Part shown: one piece after another, positions 20,101 to 28,600 of the stretch
Layout of the letters: each line of letters starts with the position of its first letter
Position numbering within the stretch: position 1 is the stretch's first letter
From: a virus
Taxonomy: Duplodnaviria > Caudoviricetes
Virus record (IMG/VR): IMGVR_UViG_3300008954_000001
Length of the DNA: 64,000 nt
Strand: one strand, 5' to 3'
Translations under genes and position numbers: made by a program
The notes under the pieces: generated by a model
Told to the model about the DNA's origin: nothing
Seen by the model: the letters and a program-made list of their open reading frames with translations, nothing else
Database searches by the model: none

Positions 20101-23100
20101 GATATTGATCCAAGCGGAGAATGTCATATCTCCCGTCAACCCATAGATGGCGGGATTTGTGATTTCCATCCAATCTGCGGTGCCATCAAACATTAGGGCA
20201 CTGCCGATCATGCCATCAACCATTTGCGGGTTGCCGTGCATGATCCCATTACCAGAAATCATCGTCTCAGAAATCTCGGTCCCGGTCGGCATACTCCAAT
20301 ATCCAACTTGGCCCATCCCAAACGGGGTCGTCCACGGGTCAGGCCATGTGTAGGTGCTGTCGTCCAGTAAATGCTTACCGTGGGTTGCTGAGTGTTGATA
20401 AATTTGTGCAATCACCTCATCTGGTAAAGCAATACCGCTCCAAATAGCCACCTCATCGATGGCGGCGTTTAGAGTATTTCCTTCCCCGTCTTTACCGATC
20501 CAGAGAGTGTTTAGCCCGCCAGCACCAATGCCAGCGGTGATGTGGTTCCCCGCACCATCCAGTGTTTGGTTGCTGGCGTAGCCACCATTGATGATGACCT
20601 TCATTTCTGACCCGTCGTACTTCAAAACAACGTGATTCCAACCACCATCATTCAGTGCAGCGTGGGCTGTTCCAATGGCGGTCGGAGGATTTGCGCCGTC
20701 GATGGTATTTACTATGGACCAAGAGCCGGGGCCGCCAGAGGCCACATCGTTTAAGATCATTGTGCCGAAATTATTTTCGTCGGCTGACCAATGAAGTAGG
20801 GGTTCAACGCCCCCGTGACCCATCTGAAGCCAAAGAGAGATTGTGTATGGCGTGTCTTGGTCAAAGTTTGCGGTTGTGAGAGCTTCCGAGATATCAATGA
20901 ACTGGCCGCTTCCAACCCCACTGTAAAGGTCACGGGCGTTTCCAGCGATACCGTAAGCAGTGCCTGAACCTTCAGGGGTCGGTGCGTACTGTCCAGAAAC
21001 ACCGTCAAAGAAGGGTGCCCAACCATTTAGTTGCCAATGAGCCGTCAAACCCTCCGTGATCCTGGGAGACAACGCATACACCTCATTTGAGGGGAGAGGG
21101 TGCCACGAAATATTGGTGCCGTGGATAATGAATTCTTTGTAGTTGTTCGCCTCCACATCCCAAGCGGATAGGTCTACTTCAACCTCCATTTGTTTCCAAC
21201 CGTCCCCCCTTTTGGAGTGATCCACCCAACCTTGGCTGTGCCGATCAAATTGTCCCGTCGTGTGTCCAACTATGTAGTTAGAGTTATCGATGTACCCTTC
21301 GGCTGTAATCGGAGTGACCAAGTACGTTAGGTCAAGCGTGGGGGTCTCTCCGTGAAGGATGATGTGTTCGCCTGGGATCTCAAGTGTGAAGTGAATCTTT
21401 CCATCGTAATGGTGCTCAACGCTTCCTTCAGCGATTGCTGAATAGTTTATGCCAGGGAGAGTAAGCCGAGGGAACGGGCCGCTTAGATCAGTGAGATATT
21501 GAGTTAAGGTCCAAGCAAAAGGGTCCATCGTAGGAGGGATGGTCAAAGTATCCAGTTCAGAAAGACTCCGATTACCAAGAGCACCCTTTGTATAAATAGC
21601 TTGGATCGCATCGTCTTGAAGGCCCACCTCAAAAAACGCTACATCATCGATCCGTCCGGGCCATGCTCCACCCCATTCCTGCGTACCGCCAAGACCGACT
21701 TTGTTTTTCCAAACACCGTTGTCGTTGAAGGCTCCCCCAGCGTCCCCCACAACTCCCTGAAGATTACTGGTGTCTCCACCACCAAACCACTCATCTGTAG
21801 GGTCGATCTTAGCCCCGCCGTGATCCCCAACCTCAGGTGAAGAGCCGTCTGGGTTCATTAAGTCTAATTTTACGCCATTCCGCCATAAGGCGATGTCATT
21901 GTCCATTCGTCGCATTACGATATGGACCAACTCTCCATCGGGGAAGAACCCCTCGGTGGGATCAACAAAGGATATTTCCCCCCCGGTTCCGTCACCACCG
22001 TTTGAACCGTCACCCAACATCACACATAGTTTATTGGGCCATTCAGGGTTGTCTGCCCTCTCAATGAAAAGAGCCGCATTCCGTCCAGGGACGGACCAGT
22101 CCCAAAGAAGTATGGAAGCCTGATCTAAGTTTCGACCAATGAAACCATCCCAAATAACCCAAAAGGATGCGGTGAAATCACCTTGTCCGATAAGAGGACG
22201 ATCCGTGACTTGGGTATGGAGCAAACGAGCACCGTCCCCTGAAGACTCTTGCGGAAGCTCCAAACTCCACCCTTGACCAATCAAAGGTTGGGCCGCACTT
22301 GCGGAAGTGTTCGCATTCGCCAACTCCCACTCAAAATGGCCGTCCAGAGGTTCAGGCCCACTATGAGTCCACAGTGCGGCATCATTAGTGAAGGAGAGGT
22401 AAGAAATAAGAGAACTGCCACCATCTTTCCAGTAGCCTTCTGGCGGTCCCAGAACAGTGTTCGCAACAAGGCTATTGATCCCACCAACCCCACTTCGACT
22501 TGCGACTGTGAATTGGAAGGGCATGTTTGAACCAGTCTCAATCGGGCTGTGTTCACTGGACATCGCAGCACTAATGGTGTCGTTATCCATTGTTGTTGAA
22601 GTGGGGGTAAAAGACCAACTGGCCGTTTGCGGCATTGAGGCAACACCGCCTGTCAGGTCAGCCCAATCGTAAGAACCAAATTCAATGTCTTCTTTAAGAA
22701 GAATCTCAACATCAAGATTGGTGTAGGGAACACTGTTGTTCATGAGAACACTAAAGGTTTCCATGACGAAAAGGGGGTCGCCAAGGTTGCCAATCGTATC
22801 GATACTGTCCCGTGTGATCCATAAATAATCGGGTTCGTAATCGGCAAACGGCCAGAACCTGATACCTGCGAAAGTGACGGGGAAATCAGCATCGTAGGGA
22901 TATGCGAGGCCAACGATGTTGGTGATGAACCCTGGTTTGGCATCCCCGAAATCGAAAGTCATTAATTTGTGAGTCCCTGCGGGAATCACTGTTATGTTGC
23001 CTGTGACATCGTGGACACCTACTTTGAGTTCCACGGAGGATTCTCGTGCGGACACAAACCGAGATGACGTATGGGCCGTAACGGTAACGTGACTGTTAAT

Positions 23101-23319
23101 AGAGGCGTTAGCCGTGTCACCCCAATCTTCGTGACGAATAACCTCGCTGTAGGTAGTACAATCCGCCGGAAAAAGAACTTCCGTTTCTTGGATTTCAAAA
23201 TTGAGGCAATACAGACCCGAATCTTCAGCGTGATAGTTCAAATCCCATAAACCATCTGGACGGCGTTCGAGCCAAATGTAATTAGTGTGGTCAGTTCCGA
23301 TGGTAACTACTGGTGGCAT
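14125..23319 (-). CDS. 3064-aa virion fibre/adhesin-like protein (LamG, DUF5011 Ig-like, BNR repeats)
   Basis: Several LamG-type repeats (T.S.W...WHH/WNH..IDEVAIW), two DUF5011-like Ig units (GSYTITYEWTD, GEYTLNYSVTD), Asp-box repeats (RSEDGGESW, KSLDMGGSW, RSENDGLSW); very acidic. Confidence 0.8.
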   Translation of the reverse strand: MPPVVTIGTDHTNYIWLERRPDGLWDLNYHAEDSGLYCLNFEIQETEVLFPADCTTYSEVIRHEDWGDTANASINSHVTVTAHTSSRFVSARESSVELKVGVHDVTGNITVIPAGTHKLMTFDFGDAKPGFITNIVGLAYPYDADFPVTFAGIRFWPFADYEPDYLWITRDSIDTIGNLGDPLFVMETFSVLMNNSVPYTNLDVEILLKEDIEFGSYDWADLTGGVASMPQTASWSFTPTSTTMDNDTISAAMSSEHSPIETGSNMPFQFTVASRSGVGGINSLVANTVLGPPEGYWKDGGSSLISYLSFTNDAALWTHSGPEPLDGHFEWELANANTSASAAQPLIGQGWSLELPQESSGDGARLLHTQVTDRPLIGQGDFTASFWVIWDGFIGRNLDQASILLWDWSVPGRNAALFIERADNPEWPNKLCVMLGDGSNGGDGTGGEISFVDPTEGFFPDGELVHIVMRRMDNDIALWRNGVKLDLMNPDGSSPEVGDHGGAKIDPTDEWFGGGDTSNLQGVVGDAGGAFNDNGVWKNKVGLGGTQEWGGAWPGRIDDVAFFEVGLQDDAIQAIYTKGALGNRSLSELDTLTIPPTMDPFAWTLTQYLTDLSGPFPRLTLPGINYSAIAEGSVEHHYDGKIHFTLEIPGEHIILHGETPTLDLTYLVTPITAEGYIDNSNYIVGHTTGQFDRHSQGWVDHSKRGDGWKQMEVEVDLSAWDVEANNYKEFIIHGTNISWHPLPSNEVYALSPRITEGLTAHWQLNGWAPFFDGVSGQYAPTPEGSGTAYGIAGNARDLYSGVGSGQFIDISEALTTANFDQDTPYTISLWLQMGHGGVEPLLHWSADENNFGTMILNDVASGGPGSWSIVNTIDGANPPTAIGTAHAALNDGGWNHVVLKYDGSEMKVIINGGYASNQTLDGAGNHITAGIGAGGLNTLWIGKDGEGNTLNAAIDEVAIWSGIALPDEVIAQIYQHSATHGKHLLDDSTYTWPDPWTTPFGMGQVGYWSMPTGTEISETMISGNGIMHGNPQMVDGMIGSALMFDGTADWMEITNPAIYGLTGDMTFSAWINIPIDGGLGTIARCMEWANFGLGMWSDNFGAYIGATWYGNQGQELLVREVQATMGGERLNHDLRDGLWHHIAFTRYSSHDTTPMAVLWVDGVNIGEIALPLLEVAGGNPQSTPTDCAIGASVSQGVATNHFVGAMQEVSFWDRPLTYQEIAEIRAKGVQQLSLYAPQEDLAAIKTNVEEAATPGTANVGITNVEGNDGAVAWEDVLVLAGPRDWAYWPAIPVSEGVIQTPFASGDGWYADQVDHEFALNLMSYGPHTVTAWVRPIYSAGAWNYPIFIQRNVEEDMGGNDAMGYYLIADSDSPDVGKLTASHGPHQSFDPDFGGTSSTANLVTEDVDPTGFAWHHVAFVHTGNTIKFFINGVFDSEHAYHLLGMPLVQGDQQVTQIILGGRVFNMPPQEGEETAQGFTGYMNDIRLYARELSGTEVQTIFEEDTAAAILYLIGDSIVTITEGDSYIEEGFVALDPPKGEKTVWDGDLTATPANLSYGGSIDENTAGSYTITYEWTDDSGNVSNIDRTIIVEAAAVPDAIQLNGENNSIAGTWDGNYWSPDPSWVDSGASMYDGDGNVVASTTRNLYRMVADPNGGGMWELVADFTKAGIYKANYFELADDATDNEDLDSSFVATGAYLLNQRYIAVPSGPVTVSLVQLEPGTTTPNGNLVQDYTYEVYLDLPYASDGWNSLYVAYNPSIVFAELGEDLPDGWVFVYNPVDDNRLAQWDNSYPYVYIDEGNQHIATVTFDSAPDENGYYGHNWSSGWYVAGWSMALSDDNGTAFTRTDNAALNPNVVLGSITAFVPTVDPADYPAPRLEVVGQNPMFHTWGTEYSDPGVRLIESDGTVWEASTGGNYSALSGDLVPSQKYTGGDGIAPGDGGTGTSTKGEYTLNYSVTDNTTGLTATAERTVHVEELFESAIGRLDPSERTLDPNIPVFGPPDGSDGLPTEWTMLFGDGVVATLDVSTGTSETAVTTAQDSGLGTFSSHSAEGDLIGRAGGFVVVGNPTTHEDQIAWAKVSDLSDGVSEAFQTESLTIDSQPASIAAMVSEPFHQTVLVVTQVGEGMYAAAFQNADIEALWGVSPDSAPQISILTAPNVGTFTSHGTMRPDNPNVDYANSPFAVLGIEGYGFTYEGAADSTPLADRVVGLRIISDGPTVDVDYDPFTGTLYEWSGKHVINHTASEQEGSGLVINPVAELRFANDGGDEIEVGYGFNPGSSLKVTSMGVQPYTGIYWFVCEDPTGSTESSYFFEYDTTEWWEHGSDLFVYSYAQIWEALGVPSVAWGYGELKELSKPYFDLVEYKIFMGHSRGLVVLGPWQEWFGSGHYGIELFDALGAPAQITEISGSYNFGEGQGVLMAVGHTTNGGILFRSEDGGESWERVVTNPDKLISIENVGANGYGVWVVGGENGVFGISFNDGYSFENLPAVEALSDAQCCGILYASSTDTHNFGQTIFQDSTGATWISSESGLPGSWGNQNQMPTVLGDQTGVGSLLNPSPLAFGYRTVSQDPLSPYWVAYADPSSGYGQVTDALMLYTTRDNDGPDERGAWYINALATEGDPDFGWHQTDTSMFLALPAYFQTDEIPGPLGDAVWVHSAGEEYELYDNKDTGFEGLFESHLGYHLAGMGPNLADPNQWVPSVTNMEPVLARVNYTPNPNAVELADMGDGTWGIYLRNVDDIWGFQFEIAAAEIDPSSTLSSPHFGSITVAGPDNSLVILTDFSGSYAPSGEGWLVQGLILNGTPTGLVNIFASDQEGNDLLAGYRDAAAPTTAMSSPNNVKWFGVGTGQQATTTRLLVRPEIESTDAQLGFPPITVFAQFSDGPPVGLPVAESVAWVNSGPPCFASDNYYLGEDHWYIPQVGGLAISPDTNGSTGLVAGLVGWTIEPFADSDDDPVTLYMAKYSPEWGILMVVGTSSSGKGCVFKSLDMGGSWTPSLEVPNTDLRVLDGDDSGKWVAAGSNHTLYRSENDGLSWKLDDTFDHAGTSGEIVAANFAAYPIAPDGDEA

Positions 23320-23394
23320 TCTTGTTCCCCTTATGCTCCCGTGAGGGTGCTCACGATTTCAATCTACCTATAAGATAGGGACTCTATTCAAGGG

Positions 23395-23892
23395 CTATTT
23401 CAAGCAGAGGAAGTTAGCTTCGTAAGGTTCGATCTGCTCATACCGTTCGAGGGGGGCTTCAATAGATCCCAGAAAATTTCCGACCGATAACAGTACGCCC
23501 TCTTTATTTCCTTCGACCTCCAAACAAGCACCACCTTCACTGACCTCAACCAAACACGGGGCGTAGAAGCCTGCGCCAGAGTCTTGAACTTCCCCTTCCA
23601 ATGCGTATGGCACACAGGGGTACAAGGGGTGCTCACCTTGGACGATGTACTCACCGCCCGTGTGGTAGAACCAGCCCGTCACGTAGCCTGTTTCTTGTTC
23701 AAAAAGCTGAATGTGGAGGTCACTGTGGATTTCTATGAGCGGGTCACCGAGTAAGGACTCTTTAAGGTCAACCCACCCGCTCCACATGCCGGGGAAAATG
23801 CCTTGAGTGTCGCAAAAGGGTTCTGCGGTACACCCACACAGGCTAACGAGGAAAATAACTGAAAAGCGCATCCCGATACTCTCGGTATCCAC
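23395..23892 (-). CDS. putative lipoprotein
   Basis: MRFSVIFLVSLCGC lipobox-like signal. Confidence 0.55.
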   Translation of the reverse strand: MDTESIGMRFSVIFLVSLCGCTAEPFCDTQGIFPGMWSGWVDLKESLLGDPLIEIHSDLHIQLFEQETGYVTGWFYHTGGEYIVQGEHPLYPCVPYALEGEVQDSGAGFYAPCLVEVSEGGACLEVEGNKEGVLLSVGNFLGSIEAPLERYEQIEPYEANFLCLK

Positions 23893-23946
23893 CTCAGTTG
23901 TCCAATAACTAAACTATTTACACTTTCAGTTGTAAAAGGAGGTATC

Positions 23947-24558
23947 ATGTCAGAGCACATTCCAGCAATTTTGCGCCGAGCGAAACGAGAAGGGCATGTC
24001 GTATTCACGGGTGCAAACTACGATTTGAACATCATCGCCCTTCGGACGGCCTCACGGAAAGCCGGGGTCTACGACGACCATTTATTTGTAGTGTACAAGG
24101 ATTCTTTGGACGATTGGCGTATCCGCCATTACGAAATTACCACCGATCCAGGAATTTATTGGCTCGAACACCCCATGAGGGTCAGCGGAGCGGCCATTCT
24201 CAAAGCGGGCCAATACCGAGGGGCCTACAAGATCGCCAAGCACCGAGGCAAATACGATGCCTTGTGCCAACGGAAGCCTGTGTCTGTGTGGCGAGATGCG
24301 AACCGAGATGATTTCTTGGACCACGATCCCGACTCGGTTGAAACTGGGCTGTTTGGGATCAATATTCATCGCAGTAGTGCATGGAAAGATGCCCACGACC
24401 TGCGAGGGGAGAAATCAGATCAGGTCTATAAACACAGTGCCGGATGTCAGGTGTTCGCCAACCCCGAAGACTTCAAGGAGTTCATGGGGCTGTGTCGCAA
24501 GCAGATTGAGCACCATCCATCTTGGACCAGTTTCACCTACACCTTATTGGAGGACTGA
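23947..24558 (+). CDS. L,D-transpeptidase (YkuD-like) fold cell-wall hydrolase, probable endolysin
   Basis: GINIHRS...SAGCQVF catalytic His/Cys, YDD and TTDPG motifs; AAAGGAGGT SD. Confidence 0.7.
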   Translation: MSEHIPAILRRAKREGHVVFTGANYDLNIIALRTASRKAGVYDDHLFVVYKDSLDDWRIRHYEITTDPGIYWLEHPMRVSGAAILKAGQYRGAYKIAKHRGKYDALCQRKPVSVWRDANRDDFLDHDPDSVETGLFGINIHRSSAWKDAHDLRGEKSDQVYKHSAGCQVFANPEDFKEFMGLCRKQIEHHPSWTSFTYTLLED

Positions 24559-24681
24559 TGCCAGTCCTGAAAGCCATCCTCGGATGGGTTCGCAATATGG
24601 GAGCATTCTCGTTCGGCTTATTCGTCGGCACCTGCTACGGTGCTGTGGTTGCGTCTGTAACGAGCTTCTTGATGCTTTCCG

Positions 24682-25092
24682 CTATTCTTTAGGCACCCAC
24701 CAAAAGCACTTCAGCCAAGAGTACCGCTTCCTCTTTTCGAGGTAGGTGTACTTTCGCTCGTTTTCGTAGGCTTCTCTTTCAAAGGGGTTCATGTAGTAGG
24801 CTTTCTCTCCATTTCGGTAGATACAAAGACCTATTAGCCAGAACAGTCCGTAGAGAATCCATTGGAACACAAGAGCAAGCTCCAACTGCTGTTGGTAGTG
24901 GATGGTTTCGTGTCTGCGAGTGGTCTTGCCCACCGTGCCACGACTCCACACCCAAAACGCTATCGAGATCGCTCCGATATTGATCGGCGCAATCTTAGAT
25001 AAGACGATTGGCACATTTGAATTCTCGATAAACTTCGGTTCCCAACTCTTCATAACAACCCCATAAATACAGCCCATAAGGGGGCTACCCAC
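24682..25092 (-). CDS. HExxH zinc-metallopeptidase-like (DUF4157-like) protein
   Basis: RHETIHYQQ...NPFEREAY. Confidence 0.65.
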   Translation of the reverse strand: MGSPLMGCIYGVVMKSWEPKFIENSNVPIVLSKIAPINIGAISIAFWVWSRGTVGKTTRRHETIHYQQQLELALVFQWILYGLFWLIGLCIYRNGEKAYYMNPFEREAYENERKYTYLEKRKRYSWLKCFWWVPKE

Positions 25093-25113
25093 ATAAGGGT
25101 TCGTATAGGGCCG

Positions 25114-25422
25114 TTATTTCCCGTTTTGGTGGGTGTCTTTTTGAATCACAAATCCCGTTTTGGGATCACGGGGTTCAGTGTAATCCCATCCAGCGTTTTG
25201 GGGGCTTGGAAGTTCATACGGGTCAATGCGAGCATCGAACCGAGTCGAGACTAACACTTGGTACGCCGCATCCCACACTTGTTCGATGTCGTTGGAGCGA
25301 GAAATGACCTTACTGTGGCCCATAGCACTAATGGCGTGGATTTCTGTGTTGCGTCTAATCAGGCCGAAGCCCTGTCGGATCGCAAGATAGCAAGCCGCTT
25401 CCTTCTTTTGTTGGCGGTTCAT
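25114..25422 (-). CDS. hypothetical protein
   Basis: Open frame, ATG start. Confidence 0.55.
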   Translation of the reverse strand: MNRQQKKEAACYLAIRQGFGLIRRNTEIHAISAMGHSKVISRSNDIEQVWDAAYQVLVSTRFDARIDPYELPSPQNAGWDYTEPRDPKTGFVIQKDTHQNGK

Positions 25423-25465
25423 TCGAGGTTCCCTTCATGTGGGGTGAACATCGAATAATACCCAA

Positions 25466-26824
25466 TCAAAACATGGCGTGGGGGAGCTTCATTCCTAATA
25501 GATCCGCAGCCTTAAAAAGGTTGTTGCGGTGCAGCGAGATATCCCAATTAGGGTTCTGGATACTTTGTGAAAGGCGGTTTAGGGCGGCTCGTTCGTTGTT
25601 GGATAGCTTTAGCTTCTGCATGAGGTGAATCCCAACATCCGCCATCATGGTAGCCGTAGCCGTATCCCCTTGTTTACTAAAGGATCGTGCCAGCTTGAGG
25701 TATGCCCGCCTGTCTAAAATGCCCCATAGGATGTTGTTGTCTGAGGCTGCGGTCTTGGTCTGCCCTAACGCCTTAACGTGTCGAAGTAACTCCGAGTTCG
25801 ATCTGGCTACCGCAGAAGGGTTTATTCTTCCATGGTTATACTTCTTGAGGAATCCGCTCAAGACACCATTAATCTGATCCCTGAAAGCTAAGGCAAACTC
25901 CTCCCAATCCATTCTTTGCGGCGTGATATGAAGGTTTGTCGTACCCCCCACACCAATTGAAAGCCACACCTTGTACTCCCCACCAACTAATCGTTGAAGC
26001 GCATCCCTTTGTTTGTCTCCGTCTTCATGGCTTAAAGCCCCAAGAGGCCAAACGAAATCGGGCTTAGATGCAGTTTTTTCGTAGGTGCGTCCAAGCACAC
26101 TGGCGGTCATACACAGGGACATCTGCTTGGAGAGGTAGCGGGAGAGGGTCTTGAGTTCTCGGACAGCCTTAGCGGGATCAGGGCGGTGCCGTCCCGTGCC
26201 TTGGATTCGATTTAGCGGGCCACGAATCTTCTTCCTGATTTCTTTTGCCATCGAAGAGGTGCCGAGTTCACTGGTCAGCGAATCGGCTGCTTGGAGGTCT
26301 TCGATTACTGCGCTCATATCCTCATTAGCCGCATCAGCCACGGCTTCGTTGATCTTTTCTACCAGCTTACGGAGGGCGGGCTTACACGAAAGGATGCTCT
26401 GGTTCTGCCACGGGCCAGCGTTACTCTCTAACCCAACAGGGTATTGACCCTTGGGGAGTTGCTTGCCATCTGGTGTCTTGTGCCGTCTGGAATCGAAAGC
26501 ATCGATGTACTTGCTTTTTCCGTTCATTTTGGATCGCTTGATCTTCAACATTGAGGCACGAGCAGAGTCGAGATCCCGATGCTGCTCAATCTTGGTGCGG
26601 AACTTATCACCGAGTCGGCCCCATCGACGGATGAGCTTGGCCGATCCATCACGGGCTACGAGAATGAGCATTTCGTAGTATTTGGACTTGTTTGATCCAG
26701 CCTCAATTGCATAAAGCATAGCGGCTTCGTCGGCCATTACCTTCGACTTGGTAAGACCCTCACGCTCTAAGTAGGGCTTCCCCGCCGCCACTTTCTCGTA
26801 TCTGCTGATTACGTTCTCAATCAT
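25466..26824 (-). CDS. WGR-domain protein with tag motifs
   Basis: KYYEMLI...LIRRWGRLG...A...K..K...Y is a WGR domain; ATG 26824 with AGAGG SD; NVISRY, KVAA, KTAS, KTAA motifs. Confidence 0.7.
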   Translation of the reverse strand: MIENVISRYEKVAAGKPYLEREGLTKSKVMADEAAMLYAIEAGSNKSKYYEMLILVARDGSAKLIRRWGRLGDKFRTKIEQHRDLDSARASMLKIKRSKMNGKSKYIDAFDSRRHKTPDGKQLPKGQYPVGLESNAGPWQNQSILSCKPALRKLVEKINEAVADAANEDMSAVIEDLQAADSLTSELGTSSMAKEIRKKIRGPLNRIQGTGRHRPDPAKAVRELKTLSRYLSKQMSLCMTASVLGRTYEKTASKPDFVWPLGALSHEDGDKQRDALQRLVGGEYKVWLSIGVGGTTNLHITPQRMDWEEFALAFRDQINGVLSGFLKKYNHGRINPSAVARSNSELLRHVKALGQTKTAASDNNILWGILDRRAYLKLARSFSKQGDTATATMMADVGIHLMQKLKLSNNERAALNRLSQSIQNPNWDISLHRNNLFKAADLLGMKLPHAMF

Positions 26825-26928
26825 TTCATCCCTCTGCCAATGCCTATTTCGGTATGGTTTCCGTATAAGAGGTAGCAACCATTGTTGCTTATACAGAAAC
26901 AACCGAACATCGAACGGCGGGAAAGACT

Positions 26929-27198
26929 ATGCCAGACACACAGAAAGGAAATCCTTGGGGAGCCATCATGGAAGCGGTGGCCATCTTGCAAATGACCAAG
27001 ACCTTCGTTCAAGCGGATAATATCCCCATTGAACAGTACATGAGGTTCCAAGAAATCTTGATGCGCTTGAAGAATCAGGAGGGTGTGTCAGGTGCAGCGA
27101 TTGCAGTGTCGGAAGCCTTGCTGAACATTTGCCCCCATGGAGAGGCGAAGGCCAACCATTGTAAACACTGTCTACACGAAGCCCTCGATAGGATCTGA
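26929..27198 (+). CDS. hypothetical protein
   Basis: CPH...CKHC motif; fills the gap between minus-strand genes. Confidence 0.45.
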   Translation: MPDTQKGNPWGAIMEAVAILQMTKTFVQADNIPIEQYMRFQEILMRLKNQEGVSGAAIAVSEALLNICPHGEAKANHCKHCLHEALDRI

Positions 27199-27630
27199 CA
27201 GCCCCAACTGGATCGACAACTCATCCAACTCGTCGGTATTGGCTCCCACCATGGTTCTCTTCCAACGAGCACGGCGAAGGATTGCCTTCATTTCAGTCAT
27301 GGAGGCTATGTAGCTTTCAGCGTTCCTCCCTGACACGAACGTGTAGGTAGAGGAGATCAGCATATAGATTGGGATGATAGCTCTGGATTCTTCGGCCAAG
27401 GCTTCAACAAATTGGCTGTGGCCCGGTTGAATCCTTCGCTCGGCCATGGCCAAACGCTTTTCCTTGCTAAACATGCAAAAGAACCCTTTGAGGAAACAGG
27501 CTTTGAAGAAGCCTCCCGTAACCACCACAAACAGAAAGGCCCCGAAGCGTGAGTACGTTCCGTACTCACCGATCCTAACCCACAGGTCGGCTTGTCTTTC
27601 CAACCAAAGCTCTTGATTCGTTTGTCCCAT
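27172..27630 (-). CDS. hypothetical protein
   Basis: GAGGT SD; operon position. Confidence 0.55.
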   Translation of the reverse strand: MGQTNQELWLERQADLWVRIGEYGTYSRFGAFLFVVVTGGFFKACFLKGFFCMFSKEKRLAMAERRIQPGHSQFVEALAEESRAIIPIYMLISSTYTFVSGRNAESYIASMTEMKAILRRARWKRTMVGANTDELDELSIQLGLSDPIEGFV

Positions 27631-27636
27631 GCTACC

Positions 27637-28263
27637 TCAATGCAAGCTATTGAGCTTGTGTATCAAATCACTATAACTAAGGCTCATAAGAGTGCTGTAA
27701 TCGAACTTGTTCTTGAACGTGTCAGAGATGTGAATCAAATCCCCCGTCACGCCCAAACATTGCCTGTCGTACATTATGGCTTCCGCTGGTATGGCGATTT
27801 GGTTTTTGGCAAACTGCTCACCTTTGTAAGTAGGTCTCCACATCCCGCTGGTTCTTTTCGCAGAGTCCTCGTTAGGGCAAGACTCAATCAAATCCCAGTA
27901 TTGGAGCTTCGTAAAGGTGCGGCTATTTACTAACCACCGATCCGCTTCCGAAGGAACGTGTACCCACTCCTGTCGAGCCTTGGCTTCCCACGCCCGTAGC
28001 AACCAAATAATCGCATGGGCATCCGAATTGTAGATCGGAACAAAACGGTGGGCGGCAAGTCGATCACAACAAGGACATTCCACAGAGTCCCCTTCTACAA
28101 GGTGCTTTTGAAACCAGTCACGGGCATAAGCTAAAGAGCCGTCTGTACCCTGCACCAACGTGACCTTATCGCCCTTCTTCTTTTTCTTTTTCTTTTTGAT
28201 CGGCGGCGATATTTGAAGTGGTTCAATACCGAAAAACTCGGATAAAGATATTTGATCAGACAT
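27637..28263 (-). CDS. CxxC plus winged-helix-like phage protein
   Basis: ECPCCD...KLQYWDLIE...SGMWRPT. Confidence 0.55.
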   Translation of the reverse strand: MSDQISLSEFFGIEPLQISPPIKKKKKKKKGDKVTLVQGTDGSLAYARDWFQKHLVEGDSVECPCCDRLAAHRFVPIYNSDAHAIIWLLRAWEAKARQEWVHVPSEADRWLVNSRTFTKLQYWDLIESCPNEDSAKRTSGMWRPTYKGEQFAKNQIAIPAEAIMYDRQCLGVTGDLIHISDTFKNKFDYSTLMSLSYSDLIHKLNSLH

Positions 28264-28546
28264 TTGGATCTCCTTTCAAAGTCATAGCCAAGGAAATGAC
28301 ATGCTTGCACGGACCAAAGGTTCGAGCGTTCCTGATGTGGTCTGGACAGTCACAGTAGAAACTCCGACCCGTATCCGTGATGGTGATAGACGGGTGCCAA
28401 GACACGCCCTCCTTCGCACTCTCACAAGTACCCGTGTACTTCCCCGTGTTCGGGTTCCAGTTCACGTTTTGGATGGGTCGTGAGGCGGCACGAAAGGCTC
28501 GTTTGGCTTGTGCTCGCTTTAGTAGTTCGTTGAATACGTTGGCCAT
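28256..28546 (-). CDS. SWIM zinc-finger protein
   Basis: CDCPD...CKHV; ATG 28546 with GGGAG SD. Confidence 0.75.
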   Translation of the reverse strand: MANVFNELLKRAQAKRAFRAASRPIQNVNWNPNTGKYTGTCESAKEGVSWHPSITITDTGRSFYCDCPDHIRNARTFGPCKHVISLAMTLKGDPNV

Positions 28547-28569
28547 ATAGACTCCCACTGTGTCTATAC

Positions 28570-28600
28570 GTACTACCGACAAACGGGGGAATTAGCCCCC
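28570..28600 (-). promoter_or_regulatory. phage early-type promoter motif
   Basis: GGGGGCTAAT-N11-TCGGTAGTAC. Confidence 0.8.
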
